NCBI GenBank assembly: GCA_039918435.1
Contig: JBDSHN010000056.1
Location: 7,756 to 71,755, forward strand
Direction: 5' to 3'
Source of the DNA: Bacteroidia bacterium
Lineage (GTDB): Bacteria > Bacteroidota > Bacteroidia > Palsa-965
DNA: 64,000 nucleotides
Shown piece by piece: positions 1-9,576 of the stretch; position 1 is the stretch's first letter; the number at the start of each line of letters is the position of its first letter. The notes under the pieces were generated by a model. The model had not been told where the DNA came from, did not search any database, and worked only from the letters and a program-made list of their open reading frames with translations. A program made the position numbers and the translations under genes.

Positions 1-32
1 TTTAATGGTGAGATGTTTCTTCTTGCGATTTT

Positions 33-117
33 GCGTGAGGGATAGCAGCTGGCTACCATGTAGCGCGAATAGCCCGGTACTTGTAGTAAGCGAGACACGC
101 GAACTGCAAGTACACGC
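33..117 (+). repeat. MITE/BIME-like structured element, copy 1 (GCGTGAG...CACGC family)
   Basis: GCGTGAGGGATAGCAGC...GAATAGCCCGG, then hairpin GTACTTGTAGT/ACTGCAAGTAC, then CACGC; same scaffold at 38842-38949 and 47753-47911. Confidence 0.6.
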
Positions 118-178
118 GCTAATTACTAATCACCAGGCACCATCAACTACTAATCTTTTTCCCCCTTACCTTTATCAA

Positions 179-1225
179 ATGAAATTCCGATTTTACAGAA
201 ACCTGCTTGCTGACATATTTTTTTTGCCGCTGCTGGTTTATTGCATCGGGAATGTATCGCTTATTAGTTACGGTTTACGAATGGCGAAAGGACAGCTGAC
301 CATCGTGATGAATGCAAGACCGGTGACGGAAGTATTGAAAGATGCAACGGTGGCGGACTCTGTGAAAAAGAAATTGCAGCTGATAGAAGAGATCAGGCAA
401 TTTGCTTTTGACAGCATCGGATTGAACCGGAATGAGAACTACACTACATTTTATGATCAGCAGGGGAAACGGTTGATCTATGTTGTCACTGCGTGTGAGC
501 CTTATGCGCTTGAGCCGCATCTCTGGCATTTTCCATTGTTAGGTGATGTTCCTTACAAAGGATTTTTTGATCCGGAAAAAGCAAAATTACAGGCCTTGCA
601 ATTACGTGCACAGGGATTAGATGCTAATATCGGCGGCGCATCGGGCTGGTCGACGCTGGGGTATTTTAAAGATCCGGTGCTTTCGCAAATGCTGGCAAAT
701 AAAGAAGGCGATCTTGCAGAATTGATCATTCATGAATTGACACATGGAACTGTATTTGTAAAAGACGAGGTGGATTTTAATGAAAACCTCGCCAGCTTTA
801 TCGGGTACAAAGGAGCGGTCTGGTTCCTGGAAAAAAAATATGGAAAGGATTCACAGGAGCTGAAAGAATATTTAGACGGACGTCACGATGATGAAGTGCT
901 TGAACAATTTATGTTAAGCTGTGCGCATACATTGGATAGCATGTATAAAAAAATTCCTGCGGATGCTGACGAAAAATATAAGGCCGGATTAAAAAGAAAA
1001 ATGCTGCTCAGTTTTATGTTTAATTCTGTGCAACTTCCGTTAGAAATGGATGTATCGTTTCCAGCCCGCTTCGGAAAAAGAATCCGGAATTCGGGCAATG
1101 CTTTTTTTATGCAGTATGTACGCTACGGCGCAAAGCAACACGACTTCGAATCGGATTTCAGCATTTACAAAGGCGATTTGAGAAAATACGTTTTCAACGT
1201 GAAGCTGAAGTACCCGGGAAATTAA
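179..1225 (+). CDS. Putative zinc aminopeptidase (DUF2265/Aminopep-like family)
   Basis: HELTH (HExxH) followed by FNENLASFIG; GWSTLG motif; N-terminal hydrophobic anchor; start moved to the ATG at 179 because the upstream frame runs through the repeat element. Confidence 0.8.
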   Translation: MKFRFYRNLLADIFFLPLLVYCIGNVSLISYGLRMAKGQLTIVMNARPVTEVLKDATVADSVKKKLQLIEEIRQFAFDSIGLNRNENYTTFYDQQGKRLIYVVTACEPYALEPHLWHFPLLGDVPYKGFFDPEKAKLQALQLRAQGLDANIGGASGWSTLGYFKDPVLSQMLANKEGDLAELIIHELTHGTVFVKDEVDFNENLASFIGYKGAVWFLEKKYGKDSQELKEYLDGRHDDEVLEQFMLSCAHTLDSMYKKIPADADEKYKAGLKRKMLLSFMFNSVQLPLEMDVSFPARFGKRIRNSGNAFFMQYVRYGAKQHDFESDFSIYKGDLRKYVFNVKLKYPGN

Positions 1226-1345
1226 AAGGTCTTTTTTACCAACCATCGGTCATTAGACTGTTTTTTCTTTCCTTTAGATGATGTATTTCAGTGGACTATC
1301 ACGAGAAAACAAGCATTTTTAACAAGATTGAAAGCCCATTTGGCT

Positions 1346-1353
1346 TACTTTTG
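1346..1353 (+). promoter_or_regulatory. Bacteroidota sigma-A -7 element
   Basis: TACTTTTG matches TAnnTTTG, 58 nt upstream of the 1412 ATG. Confidence 0.55.
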
Positions 1354-1411
1354 CGGCGCGCAAGCAGCGCATTAATAATTTAACTAACCCCCCCAAAAAA
1401 CCAATTTCTTC

Positions 1412-3154
1412 ATGAAAACAACTTTACGCGTAGCAACGGGATTGTTCCTGTTTGTTTCTTCATTTCTGACAGCGCAAAATGCAGCACAAAGGCCTGCAGT
1501 CAATCAGCCTTCAACATTGAACACTACCATTTCAACTGCACCCCAGGCAACAGGTTTTGAGCCAGCGCAGGATGTACAAATGGTAACGTGTACAGATAAA
1601 GTAACTTACGCTGACCGTAATCCACAAGCGAACCAGGATTTCTATTTGGGAGGTACTGATGGCTGGACGATTTTGATGATGAAATACCCTGGTTTCACAG
1701 GACAAGTTACAGGCGGTTTTGCATCTATGCGCAGAGTTGGGGCAAATTGCCCGGTGCGTATTGTATTATATGCATTGGATATTTATGGTAACCCGACAGG
1801 CGGATATATTGCCCATGTAGATGCAACAGTGAATAGCGCAACTGCAACAGAATACGGTGGAAATTTTACAACTGCAACTGCAGTAACATTTGGTTTTGCA
1901 GTTGGTGTTTTAATAAATTCTACCAATCCGACAGATTCTGTTTTTGTAATGGCGCATAATGATCCGGATATGGCAGGATATTCTTACACCTATTACAGCC
2001 CTACGCTTTACAATATTCAGAATGATTTAGGTGGTGAAATAGACATTTTGATCCGTCCGCAGATTTCTTATAATGCACCTACACAAACAATTTCAGCTTC
2101 TTCGACAACAGAATGTGCCGGTGTACCGATCAATTTCTCTTTATCCGAATCAAGTACACCAGATTTTTATTCTTACCCATGGGCTAGTCCAACTGCGCCA
2201 ACCTACGCATGGAATTTCGGCGATGCAGGAACTTCTACACTTGCTTCGCCAAATCATCCTTACGCAACCGCAGGATCATACACAGCAAGTGGAACAAAAA
2301 CAAACTCAGGCTGGATTTCCACTTGTGCATCTGCACCAGCAACAACAACGATAACAATTACCGGTGTTAGCCCGTCTGTTACAATTGCGGCAAGCGCAAC
2401 ATCAGTTTGTTATAACCAGACTGTGAATTTCAGCGCAACTCCTGCCAATGGCGGACCATCACCAACTTACGTTTGGAAAAAGAATAATATCCAGGTTGCA
2501 ACTTCAAACACGTATGCAGGTTCAACATGGGCTTATGGTGATGTTATTACATGCGAAATGATTTCTAATGCAGCTTGTGCATCTTCAACGCCTGTTGTAT
2601 CGAATCAGATCACTATGTTCACACAACCATTGGCGGTTTCTTCTTACAGCTATGCTGCAACACACCTTTCTGTTGCATTTACATCTACTGCAACAAACGC
2701 AGTTTCATGGTCGTGGAATTTCGGTGATGCAGGAACATCTGTTTCTCCGAATCCTGTTCACAATTATGCAGCGGCAGGAACTTACACAGTTGATCATTCT
2801 GTAACGAACAGCTGCGGAATTACAACAGTAAGCTCAATCAATATCACTGTTACCACCAATACAAATTCAAATGGCGGAAATACTGGTATCAATGATAAAG
2901 AACTTGAATTAAGCCTGAACGCATTCCCAAATCCTGTGAATGATGAATTGAACATTCAGTACGCAATGAATCACCCGACTGATGCTACAATTGAAATTTT
3001 AAATACACTTGGACAGGTTGTATCTACAGAGGTAATTGCGAATGCTTCTACAGGCACAGCGCAGATTTCTACTGCAAATCTTTCAACCGGAATTTATTTT
3101 GTACGCTTTACCGCTGCTGATAAAGTTTCTATGACAAAGATCGTTCGTCAGTAA
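1412..3154 (+). CDS. T9SS type A cargo protein with PKD domains
   Basis: Signal peptide; two PKD motifs (YAWNFGDAG, WSWNFGDAG); C-terminal AFPNPVNDELNI...GIYFVRF sorting domain. Confidence 0.85.
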   Translation: MKTTLRVATGLFLFVSSFLTAQNAAQRPAVNQPSTLNTTISTAPQATGFEPAQDVQMVTCTDKVTYADRNPQANQDFYLGGTDGWTILMMKYPGFTGQVTGGFASMRRVGANCPVRIVLYALDIYGNPTGGYIAHVDATVNSATATEYGGNFTTATAVTFGFAVGVLINSTNPTDSVFVMAHNDPDMAGYSYTYYSPTLYNIQNDLGGEIDILIRPQISYNAPTQTISASSTTECAGVPINFSLSESSTPDFYSYPWASPTAPTYAWNFGDAGTSTLASPNHPYATAGSYTASGTKTNSGWISTCASAPATTTITITGVSPSVTIAASATSVCYNQTVNFSATPANGGPSPTYVWKKNNIQVATSNTYAGSTWAYGDVITCEMISNAACASSTPVVSNQITMFTQPLAVSSYSYAATHLSVAFTSTATNAVSWSWNFGDAGTSVSPNPVHNYAAAGTYTVDHSVTNSCGITTVSSINITVTTNTNSNGGNTGINDKELELSLNAFPNPVNDELNIQYAMNHPTDATIEILNTLGQVVSTEVIANASTGTAQISTANLSTGIYFVRFTAADKVSMTKIVRQ

Positions 3155-3164
3155 TACGGTTAAG

Positions 3165-3260
3165 GAGTTTCGGGTTTAGGGTTCCGGGTTAAAAGTTTCG
3201 TGAAGTAGTTCTGAATTATAGCCCGGAACTACGAACCCGAAACCCGGAACTCTGAACCCG
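3165..3260. repeat. Low-complexity imperfect inverted repeat
   Basis: GAGTTTCGGGTTTAGGGTTCCGGGTT (3165-3190) faces AACCCGGAACTCTGAACCCG (3241-3260). Confidence 0.65.
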
Positions 3261-3359
3261 TTTTCTTTTTCCACTTGGTGAAAAGGCTGTTTAACTGTAA
3301 ATTTGTGACCCGCTAAAAACGAGCTAATTCGTATCTTACAAGCGATCTCAAAACTTACC

Positions 3360-3381
3360 ATGCAAGACGCAGCACCATACA
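3360..3381 (+). repeat. 22-bp direct repeat, left copy (duplicated icmF start)
   Basis: ATGCAAGACGCAGCACCATACA is identical to 5299-5320, the first 22 nt of icmF. Confidence 0.95.
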
Positions 3382-3394
3382 AATCTTATTTACG

Positions 3395-4654
3395 ATGTAT
3401 TTAAAGTCAATTCACCTCAAAGATTTCCGGTGTTTCAAAGAATTGGATGCAGACTTAAATCCTCGCCTTAATGTTATTGTAGGTGTAAATGGTGCTGGAA
3501 AAACCGCCTTTCTACAAGCCTGCCGAATTGCAATAGCTTCAGTATTGAATGGTTTGCCGTTTAGGTTAAATGAGCAAGTAGCATTGATGTCTTATGACTT
3601 AAGATATGATTACGATTCAAAGCATTATAAACGGCAAGATTTAGCAGTAATTGACTTTGAGTTTGATGCCCCCTATTTAAAAAACTCAAGATCGTTTAAT
3701 AAAGCAAAGCAGGTAAAATGGAGTTTTTCCGTTTCCGGTGATATTAAAAAGTGGTCAAAATCGGTAAAGAAAGATATATCAACTGGGAACAAAGTTGATT
3801 TGCCAGCACTTCTATATTTAGGTGCTGATAGATTTAAGGTAGAAAGAAAAGACTACGGAGAGCCTGCTATTGGAGAAAGATATCGGGGGTATTTCAATTC
3901 AATGAATGGTAAGTCTGCTACTTATATCTTTGAAAGTTGGTTTAAGAAAATGGAAATTAGTGAATTTCAAAATGACAGACAGAACCTAGGTAAAGATTTT
4001 TCACAACTTGAACTTTTAAGAACAGCAACATCTTCTTTTTATCCAAATGCCGAGCGATTATATTACGATACAGAAGTTGAACAACTTGTTTTGCTTCTAA
4101 AAAATGGTGAAAGAAAACCTTTACATGATTTAAGTGATGGAGAGAGATTCATGTTATTAACATGCATAACAATAGCCTTTCAGTGTATATTACTTAATCC
4201 ACACCATGATAAAAATGCGTTACAAGAAACGGGAGGGATAGTACTAATCGATGAAATTGATATGCACCTACATCCAGCTTGGCAACGAGAGATTTTAGGA
4301 AAGCTAACAAAAACTTTTCCTAAAATTCAATTTATCGTTACGACGCATTCTCCTCAAGTAATAAGTTCGATAAGAAGGAATGAGTTATTCGTTTTAAGTA
4401 ATTATCAAATTAACCATTTTACAAAATACAATGAAGGTCGAGACTCAAATTCGATTCTAATTGATGTATTTGGAGATTCAGGCCGCCCTTTTATTTATCA
4501 AAAAAAATTGGATGATTTTTATACTTTACTTGAAGATCAAAAAATAACTGATGCCGAAGAACTTATAAGTCAATTAAAGGAAGTTTGGGGCGACAACGAT
4601 CCAGCGGTATTAAGAGCTGAATTTTTCTTAAATGACGCAAAAGAAGATTTATGA
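3395..4654 (+). CDS. ABC/AAA ATPase, PtuA (Septu / retron Ec78 effector)-like
   Basis: Walker A GVNGAGKT, signature LSDGE, Walker B LIDEIDMHLHP, H-loop TTHSP; 4-nt overlap with the downstream HNH gene. Confidence 0.85.
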   Translation: MYLKSIHLKDFRCFKELDADLNPRLNVIVGVNGAGKTAFLQACRIAIASVLNGLPFRLNEQVALMSYDLRYDYDSKHYKRQDLAVIDFEFDAPYLKNSRSFNKAKQVKWSFSVSGDIKKWSKSVKKDISTGNKVDLPALLYLGADRFKVERKDYGEPAIGERYRGYFNSMNGKSATYIFESWFKKMEISEFQNDRQNLGKDFSQLELLRTATSSFYPNAERLYYDTEVEQLVLLLKNGERKPLHDLSDGERFMLLTCITIAFQCILLNPHHDKNALQETGGIVLIDEIDMHLHPAWQREILGKLTKTFPKIQFIVTTHSPQVISSIRRNELFVLSNYQINHFTKYNEGRDSNSILIDVFGDSGRPFIYQKKLDDFYTLLEDQKITDAEELISQLKEVWGDNDPAVLRAEFFLNDAKEDL

Positions 4655-5298
4655 AATTCATAACTAAAAATATCGGGAATGCCCCACCAAGCTTGATTCA
4701 GCATGGGCAAATTGCTTATTCAAATTATGAAAATTATCCAGATAAAGATAGTTTACGTAGCAGCCTCCGGGATGAACAAGGAGCGATTTGTTGTTATTGT
4801 ATGCAACGTATCCACGAAGGGCGGGAATACACAATCATTGAACACTTTATCCCACAAACTAAACATATTACGTCCCCATATTCGCAAGTAGAACACAATA
4901 ATTTTAGTCTTAAATATATGAATTTGCTTGCATCTTGTGGAGAATATGCTAACAATTGTAGTAATAAAAAGGCGAATCTACCTTTTTATGTTGATCCGAG
5001 AAATTTCATGATCGTTGATCAAATAAAATATGACAAAGGAGGAAAGATTTCATCTGACAACCCCAAAATTCAACATGATATTGATATTTTGAGATTGAAT
5101 GAAGCATCTTTAAAAAATGGACGTGCAACTATAATTGAAGTAGCTTACAAGTCATTCAAGAAGAATAAAAATTGGACAAAGGCTATGTTGGAAAATGAAA
5201 TTTCTCGGCTTGAAACTAAAAAAGATAATAGTTTCACGCCATTCTGCAGTTCAGCAATCTTCCATCTGAATAAAAAACTTAAACAATTTGCAAATTAA
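4651..5298 (+). CDS. HNH endonuclease, PtuB/TIGR02646-like
   Basis: EQGAICCYCMQRI, IIEHFIP, YMNLLASC, CSNKK; coupled to the ATPase gene. Confidence 0.8.
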   Translation: MKFITKNIGNAPPSLIQHGQIAYSNYENYPDKDSLRSSLRDEQGAICCYCMQRIHEGREYTIIEHFIPQTKHITSPYSQVEHNNFSLKYMNLLASCGEYANNCSNKKANLPFYVDPRNFMIVDQIKYDKGGKISSDNPKIQHDIDILRLNEASLKNGRATIIEVAYKSFKKNKNWTKAMLENEISRLETKKDNSFTPFCSSAIFHLNKKLKQFAN

Positions 5299-5320
5299 AT
5301 GCAAGACGCAGCACCATACA
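5299..5320 (+). repeat. 22-bp direct repeat, right copy (functional icmF start)
   Basis: Identical to 3360-3381; directly follows the HNH stop codon. Confidence 0.95.
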
Positions 5321-8300
5321 TTCCAAAAAATAAAATCCGCATTGTTACCGCCGCTTCCCTTTTCGACGGGCACGATGCTGCTATTAACATCATGCGCCGC
5401 ATTATTCAGTCGAGCGGCGCTGAAGTAATTCACCTCGGGCACGACCGCAGCGTATCCGAAATTGTAAATTGTGCTATACAAGAAGATGCAAATGCAATTG
5501 CAATCACTTCTTACCAGGGCGGTCACATGGAATATTTTAAATACATGTACGACCTGCTGAAAGAAAGAGGGTGCAGCACGATTAAAATATTCGGCGGCGG
5601 CGGCGGAACAATTTTACCTGAAGAGATTAAAGAGCTGCAGGAATACGGCATTGCCAGATTATATCATCCTGATGATGGACGCTCAATGGGTTTGCAGGGA
5701 ATGATCAATGATCTGCTTGAGAAATCTGATTATGCAACCGGCTTTTCTTTGAATGATGAAGTAAAACATTTAGATGCAAATGATCATATCGGCATTGCAC
5801 GTTTAATTTCTGCTGCTGAAAATTTTGGCGACAAGCACAGTGGTGCAATTGCAGAGATCAAAGCGCTCGCAAAAAAATCTAAAACGCCGGTTCTGGGAAT
5901 TACAGGAACTGGCGGTGCAGGAAAATCTTCGCTTGTTGATGAGCTCGTGCGAAGGTTTCTTGTTGATTTTAAAGATAAAACTGTCGGCATTGTTTCTGTC
6001 GATCCTTCCAAACGAAAAACAGGTGGCGCATTGCTCGGTGACCGTATCCGAATGAACGCGATCAACAGTCCGCGCGTATATATGCGTTCGCTTGCAACAC
6101 GCCAGAGCAATCTCGCACTTTCAAAATATGTAAATGAGGCAGTTGAAATTCTCAAAGCAGCGAATTTTGATCTGATCATTCTTGAAACTTCCGGCATCGG
6201 CCAGAGTGATACAGAAATTATTGAGCACAGTAATGCCAGCCTGTATGTGATGACACCTGAATATGGTGCAGCAACACAACTTGAAAAAATCGATATGCTC
6301 GATTTCGCTGACCTTATCGCGCTGAACAAATTCGATAAACGCGGCGCACTCGATGCATTGCGTGATGTAAGAAAACAATTCAAACGCAATCACAAACTTT
6401 GGGATATTGAAGATGAAATGCTTCCTGTAGTAGGAACCATCGCTTCGCAATTCAATGATCCGGGAATGAATCACCTCTACAAGATGATCATGGATAAGAT
6501 CGTCGAAAAAACGGGAGCAGATCTGAAATCAGATTTCCAGATCACAAAAGAAATGTCGGAGAAGATTTACATTATTCCGCCGGCACGTACACGTTATCTT
6601 TCTGAGATCACAGAAAATAACCGCGGTTACGATAAAAAAGTCCGCCGGCAAGCTGCTGTTGCGCAGAATATGTATGCGTTGAAAAAAGCGATGGAAATTT
6701 TTTCTGCCGTCGGTTCGAGCGAAGTCGAGAACAAGGCAGTAGAAACCCTGGAAGCAAAATATCAAAAATTGCTGCTTGATCTCGATCCGAAGAATTTGAA
6801 AATGATCGAAGAATGGCCGGCGAAAGTGAAGCAATACAAAGATGAGTTTTACATTTTCAAAGTGCGTGATAAAGAGATCAAAGTGGAAACACATTATGAA
6901 TCGCTTTCACATACTTTAATCCCGAAAATTTCAACACCGCGTTATTCGGCATGGGGCGATTTGCTCCAATGGATGATGCAGGAAAATGTGCCGGGCGAAT
7001 TTCCTTACACTTCCGGAATTTATCCGTTCAAACGCGAAGGCGAAGATCCGACACGCATGTTTGCAGGAGAAGGCGGACCGGAACGCACGAACAAACGTTT
7101 CCATTACGTTTCACTCGGACTTCCTGCAAAACGTCTTTCGACCGCATTCGACTCCGTTACACTTTACGGCCGCGATCCGGATCTCCGTCCTGATATTTAT
7201 GGTAAAGTCGGCAACTCCGGTGTAAGCATTTGTTGTTTGGATGATGCGAAGAAATTGTATTCCGGTTTTCATCTTGCCGATCCGCGCACTTCTGTTTCGA
7301 TGACCATCAACGGACCGGCTGCAATTCTCGCTGCATTTTTCATGAATGCTGCGATTGATCAGCAATGTGAAAAATACATTCACGAGAACGGCCTGGAAAA
7401 AGAAGCGGAAAAGAAAATTGCAGACTTTTGGAAGAAGAGTGGCATAGCGCGTCCGAAATACCAGGGCGATCTTCCGCAGGGAAATGATGGTCTCGGGTTA
7501 TTATTGCTCGGCACCAGCGGAGATAAAATTTTACAAGAAGATGTTTATCAGAAAATAAAAGCACACACGCTGACACAAGTGCGTGGAACCGTGCAGGCGG
7601 ATATTCTCAAAGAAGACCAGGCGCAGAACACCTGCATTTTTTCAACGGAATTTTCATTGCGCGTAATGGGCGATGTGCAGCAATATTTTATTGACAAAAA
7701 AGTCCGCAATTTTTATTCGGTTTCCATTTCCGGCTATCACATTGCAGAAGCAGGCGCAAACCCAATCACACAATTAGCGCTGACCATTTCCAACGGATTT
7801 ACATTCGTGGAATATTATTTGTCGCGCGGAATGAATATTGATGATTTCGCCCCGAACCTTTCTTTCTTCTTCTCGAATGGAATGGATCCGGAATATTCCG
7901 TACTCGGTCGTGTAGCCCGTCGTATTTGGTCGAAAGCGATGAAGCATAAATATGGCGGAAACGAACGTTCGCAAATGCTGAAATATCATATTCAAACTTC
8001 CGGTCGCTCACTTCACGCGCAGGAAATTGATTTCAATGATATCCGCACAACATTGCAGGCATTGTATGCGATCTATGACAACTGTAATTCGCTTCACACA
8101 AATGCTTATGACGAAGCAATCACAACACCAACAGAAGAAAGTGTTCGCCGTGCAATGGCCATTCAATTGATCATCAACCGTGAATTAGGATTGGCGAAGA
8201 ATGAAAATCCATTACAAGGTTCTTTCATCATAGAAGAGCTGACAGATCTTGTAGAAGAAGCAGTGCTTTCAGAATTCGACAGCATCAGCGAACGCGGCGG

Positions 8301-8682
8301 AGTTTTAGGTGCGATGGAAACAATGTATCAACGCGGAAAGATCCAGGAAGAATCGTTGTACTACGAACACCAAAAACATACCGGAGAATATCCGTTGATC
8401 GGTGTGAATACATTCCTCTCTTCAAAAGGTTCGCCAACTGTTTTGCCGAAAGAAGTGATCCGTGCAACGGAAGCAGAGAAACAATATCAAATTGAAATGG
8501 TGCATAGCCTGCAGAAAGCGAATGCGGATAAGTCGCCAGAGATGCTGAAACGTTTGCAGGATGTTGCGATTAAAAACGGAAATGTATTTGAGGAATTGAT
8601 GGAGACAGTGAAGTATTGCTCGCTTGGTCAAATAACGGAAGCGTTGTTTGAAGTGGGTGGGCAGTATAGGAGGAATATGTAG
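5299..8682 (+). CDS. icmF: Fused isobutyryl-CoA mutase / MeaB-like GTPase (B12-dependent)
   Basis: N-terminal B12-binding FDGHDAA, GTPase GTGGAGKSS, mutase domain with RMFAGEG (Phe) and [14 protein letters not shown]; 1127 aa. Confidence 0.93.
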   Translation: MQDAAPYIPKNKIRIVTAASLFDGHDAAINIMRRIIQSSGAEVIHLGHDRSVSEIVNCAIQEDANAIAITSYQGGHMEYFKYMYDLLKERGCSTIKIFGGGGGTILPEEIKELQEYGIARLYHPDDGRSMGLQGMINDLLEKSDYATGFSLNDEVKHLDANDHIGIARLISAAENFGDKHSGAIAEIKALAKKSKTPVLGITGTGGAGKSSLVDELVRRFLVDFKDKTVGIVSVDPSKRKTGGALLGDRIRMNAINSPRVYMRSLATRQSNLALSKYVNEAVEILKAANFDLIILETSGIGQSDTEIIEHSNASLYVMTPEYGAATQLEKIDMLDFADLIALNKFDKRGALDALRDVRKQFKRNHKLWDIEDEMLPVVGTIASQFNDPGMNHLYKMIMDKIVEKTGADLKSDFQITKEMSEKIYIIPPARTRYLSEITENNRGYDKKVRRQAAVAQNMYALKKAMEIFSAVGSSEVENKAVETLEAKYQKLLLDLDPKNLKMIEEWPAKVKQYKDEFYIFKVRDKEIKVETHYESLSHTLIPKISTPRYSAWGDLLQWMMQENVPGEFPYTSGIYPFKREGEDPTRMFAGEGGPERTNKRFHYVSLGLPAKRLSTAFDSVTLYGRDPDLRPDIYGKVGNSGVSICCLDDAKKLYSGFHLADPRTSVSMTINGPAAILAAFFMNAAIDQQCEKYIHENGLEKEAEKKIADFWKKSGIARPKYQGDLPQGNDGLGLLLLGTSGDKILQEDVYQKIKAHTLTQVRGTVQADILKEDQAQNTCIFSTEFSLRVMGDVQQYFIDKKVRNFYSVSISGYHIAEAGANPITQLALTISNGFTFVEYYLSRGMNIDDFAPNLSFFFSNGMDPEYSVLGRVARRIWSKAMKHKYGGNERSQMLKYHIQTSGRSLHAQEIDFNDIRTTLQALYAIYDNCNSLHTNAYDEAITTPTEESVRRAMAIQLIINRELGLAKNENPLQGSFIIEELTDLVEEAVLSEFDSISERGGVLGAMETMYQRGKIQEESLYYEHQKHTGEYPLIGVNTFLSSKGSPTVLPKEVIRATEAEKQYQIEMVHSLQKANADKSPEMLKRLQDVAIKNGNVFEELMETVKYCSLGQITEALFEVGGQYRRNM

Positions 8683-8715
8683 GTTCTATTTAGAATAATT
8701 GTTGGGTGCTATTTA

Positions 8716-8992
8716 GGCTAAAGCCCAAATCTTTCTGATTCACTTGCCACGGGCTGAAGCCCATGGCAAGTGAATGGGCTTTTCCAATTAATGGCTTCAG
8801 GAAGATGAAGCAATAGCAATAAAAAATATCTTCTGATTAATTGCTATTGAGATGAAGAAGACATTGAAACTATATATCAGTTCAATTGTTGCCGGAAGGA
8901 TGCATGGCAATCGCAATATTTTTTATAATCAAATCAATAGCCGCGGGCTTCAGCCCGTGGATATTAGATTTTTATTTTTTACGGTTTTAGCC
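8716..8992. repeat. REP doublet (REPIN-like) beside a HUH transposase
   Basis: CCACGGGCTGAAGCCCATGG inside hairpin 8738-8775 and its inverted copy CCGCGGGCTTCAGCCCGTGG at 8941-8960; outer GGCTAAAGCCC / GGTTTTAGCC arms. Confidence 0.75.
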
Positions 8993-9065
8993 GAATTAAC
9001 ACCCAATGCCTTTTAACAGTAATTACCCCCTTTAAAAATATTTGTTACTATTTCCAATTAAAAAT

Positions 9066-9073
9066 TACATTTG
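9066..9073 (+). promoter_or_regulatory. Bacteroidota -7 element upstream of the transposase
   Basis: TACATTTG matches TAnnTTTG. Confidence 0.45.
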
Positions 9074-9130
9074 CCGGAATTATATATATCAGTATTCGTA
9101 GTTAAGTTTTATTTATTTTATATCGAGATT

Positions 9131-9562
9131 ATGCCCTATACCAAAATTATGGTCCATTTTATTTGGGCCACAAAAAACCGAAAACCAATTATTACAAAAA
9201 AATTAAAACCAAAACTATTAGCGCATATAATTGAAAACGCTAAAACAAAAGGAATCTATATTAACACGTTAAACTGTGTTGAAGACCATATTCATCTTTT
9301 AATTTCATTGGGGAAAGAGCAAACCATATCTGATATTGCCATGCTGATAAAAGGAGAATCTTCCTTTTGGGTAAACAAACAAAAATTAATTGATGAACGA
9401 TTTTCCTGGTAAACAGAATATATTGCTTTGTCAGTTAGTGAATCCGGTATAGAAAATGTACGGCGATATATTGCAAACCAAGAGGAGCACCATAGAAATA
9501 AAACCTTTGCTGAGGAATATGATACGTTTTTGAAAATTCACGGCTTTACTGAAGCGGCGTAA
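9131..9562 (+). pseudogene. tnpA: IS200/IS605-family (RAYT-like) Y1 HUH transposase with internal nonsense codon
   Basis: HFIWATKNR, EDHIHLL (HUH), IKGESS; TAA at 9410-9412, then the frame continues TEYIALSVSES...VRRYIANQEEHH to a stop at 9560-9562. Confidence 0.85.
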
Positions 9563-9576
9563 TGTGATAAAGGAAT

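Larger units (their letters stand above)
3360..5320 (+). mobile_element. Integrase-less two-gene defence cassette inserted at the icmF 5' end
   Basis: Exact 22-bp terminal direct repeats 1939 bp apart; hand-counted GC 21/60 and 18/60 (lines 3541, 4981) versus 33/60 and 34/60 in icmF (lines 5341, 7021). Confidence 0.75.

Noticed and set aside
5-178. N-terminal extension of the first ORF
   Set aside because: It runs through a repeat element and low-complexity DNA; the ATG at 179 gives a normal membrane-anchored N-terminus.
3176-3382. 68-aa minus-strand ORF
   Set aside because: Composed of the inverted repeat and the reverse complement of the duplicated icmF start.
3260-3400. Cobalamin riboswitch or retron ncRNA upstream of the cassette and icmF
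   Set aside because: No B12-box or msr-msd-like inverted repeats recognisable; an Infernal/Rfam scan would be decisive.
5784-6389. 201-aa antisense ORF inside icmF
   Set aside because: Shadow frame of a conserved gene with no recognisable motifs. The same applies to 30570-31160, 58708-59208, 61849-62469 and the other nested ORFs.
9410-9412. Stop-codon readthrough or alternative genetic code
   Set aside because: TAA terminates many intact genes in this window; a single C-to-T nonsense change is simpler.
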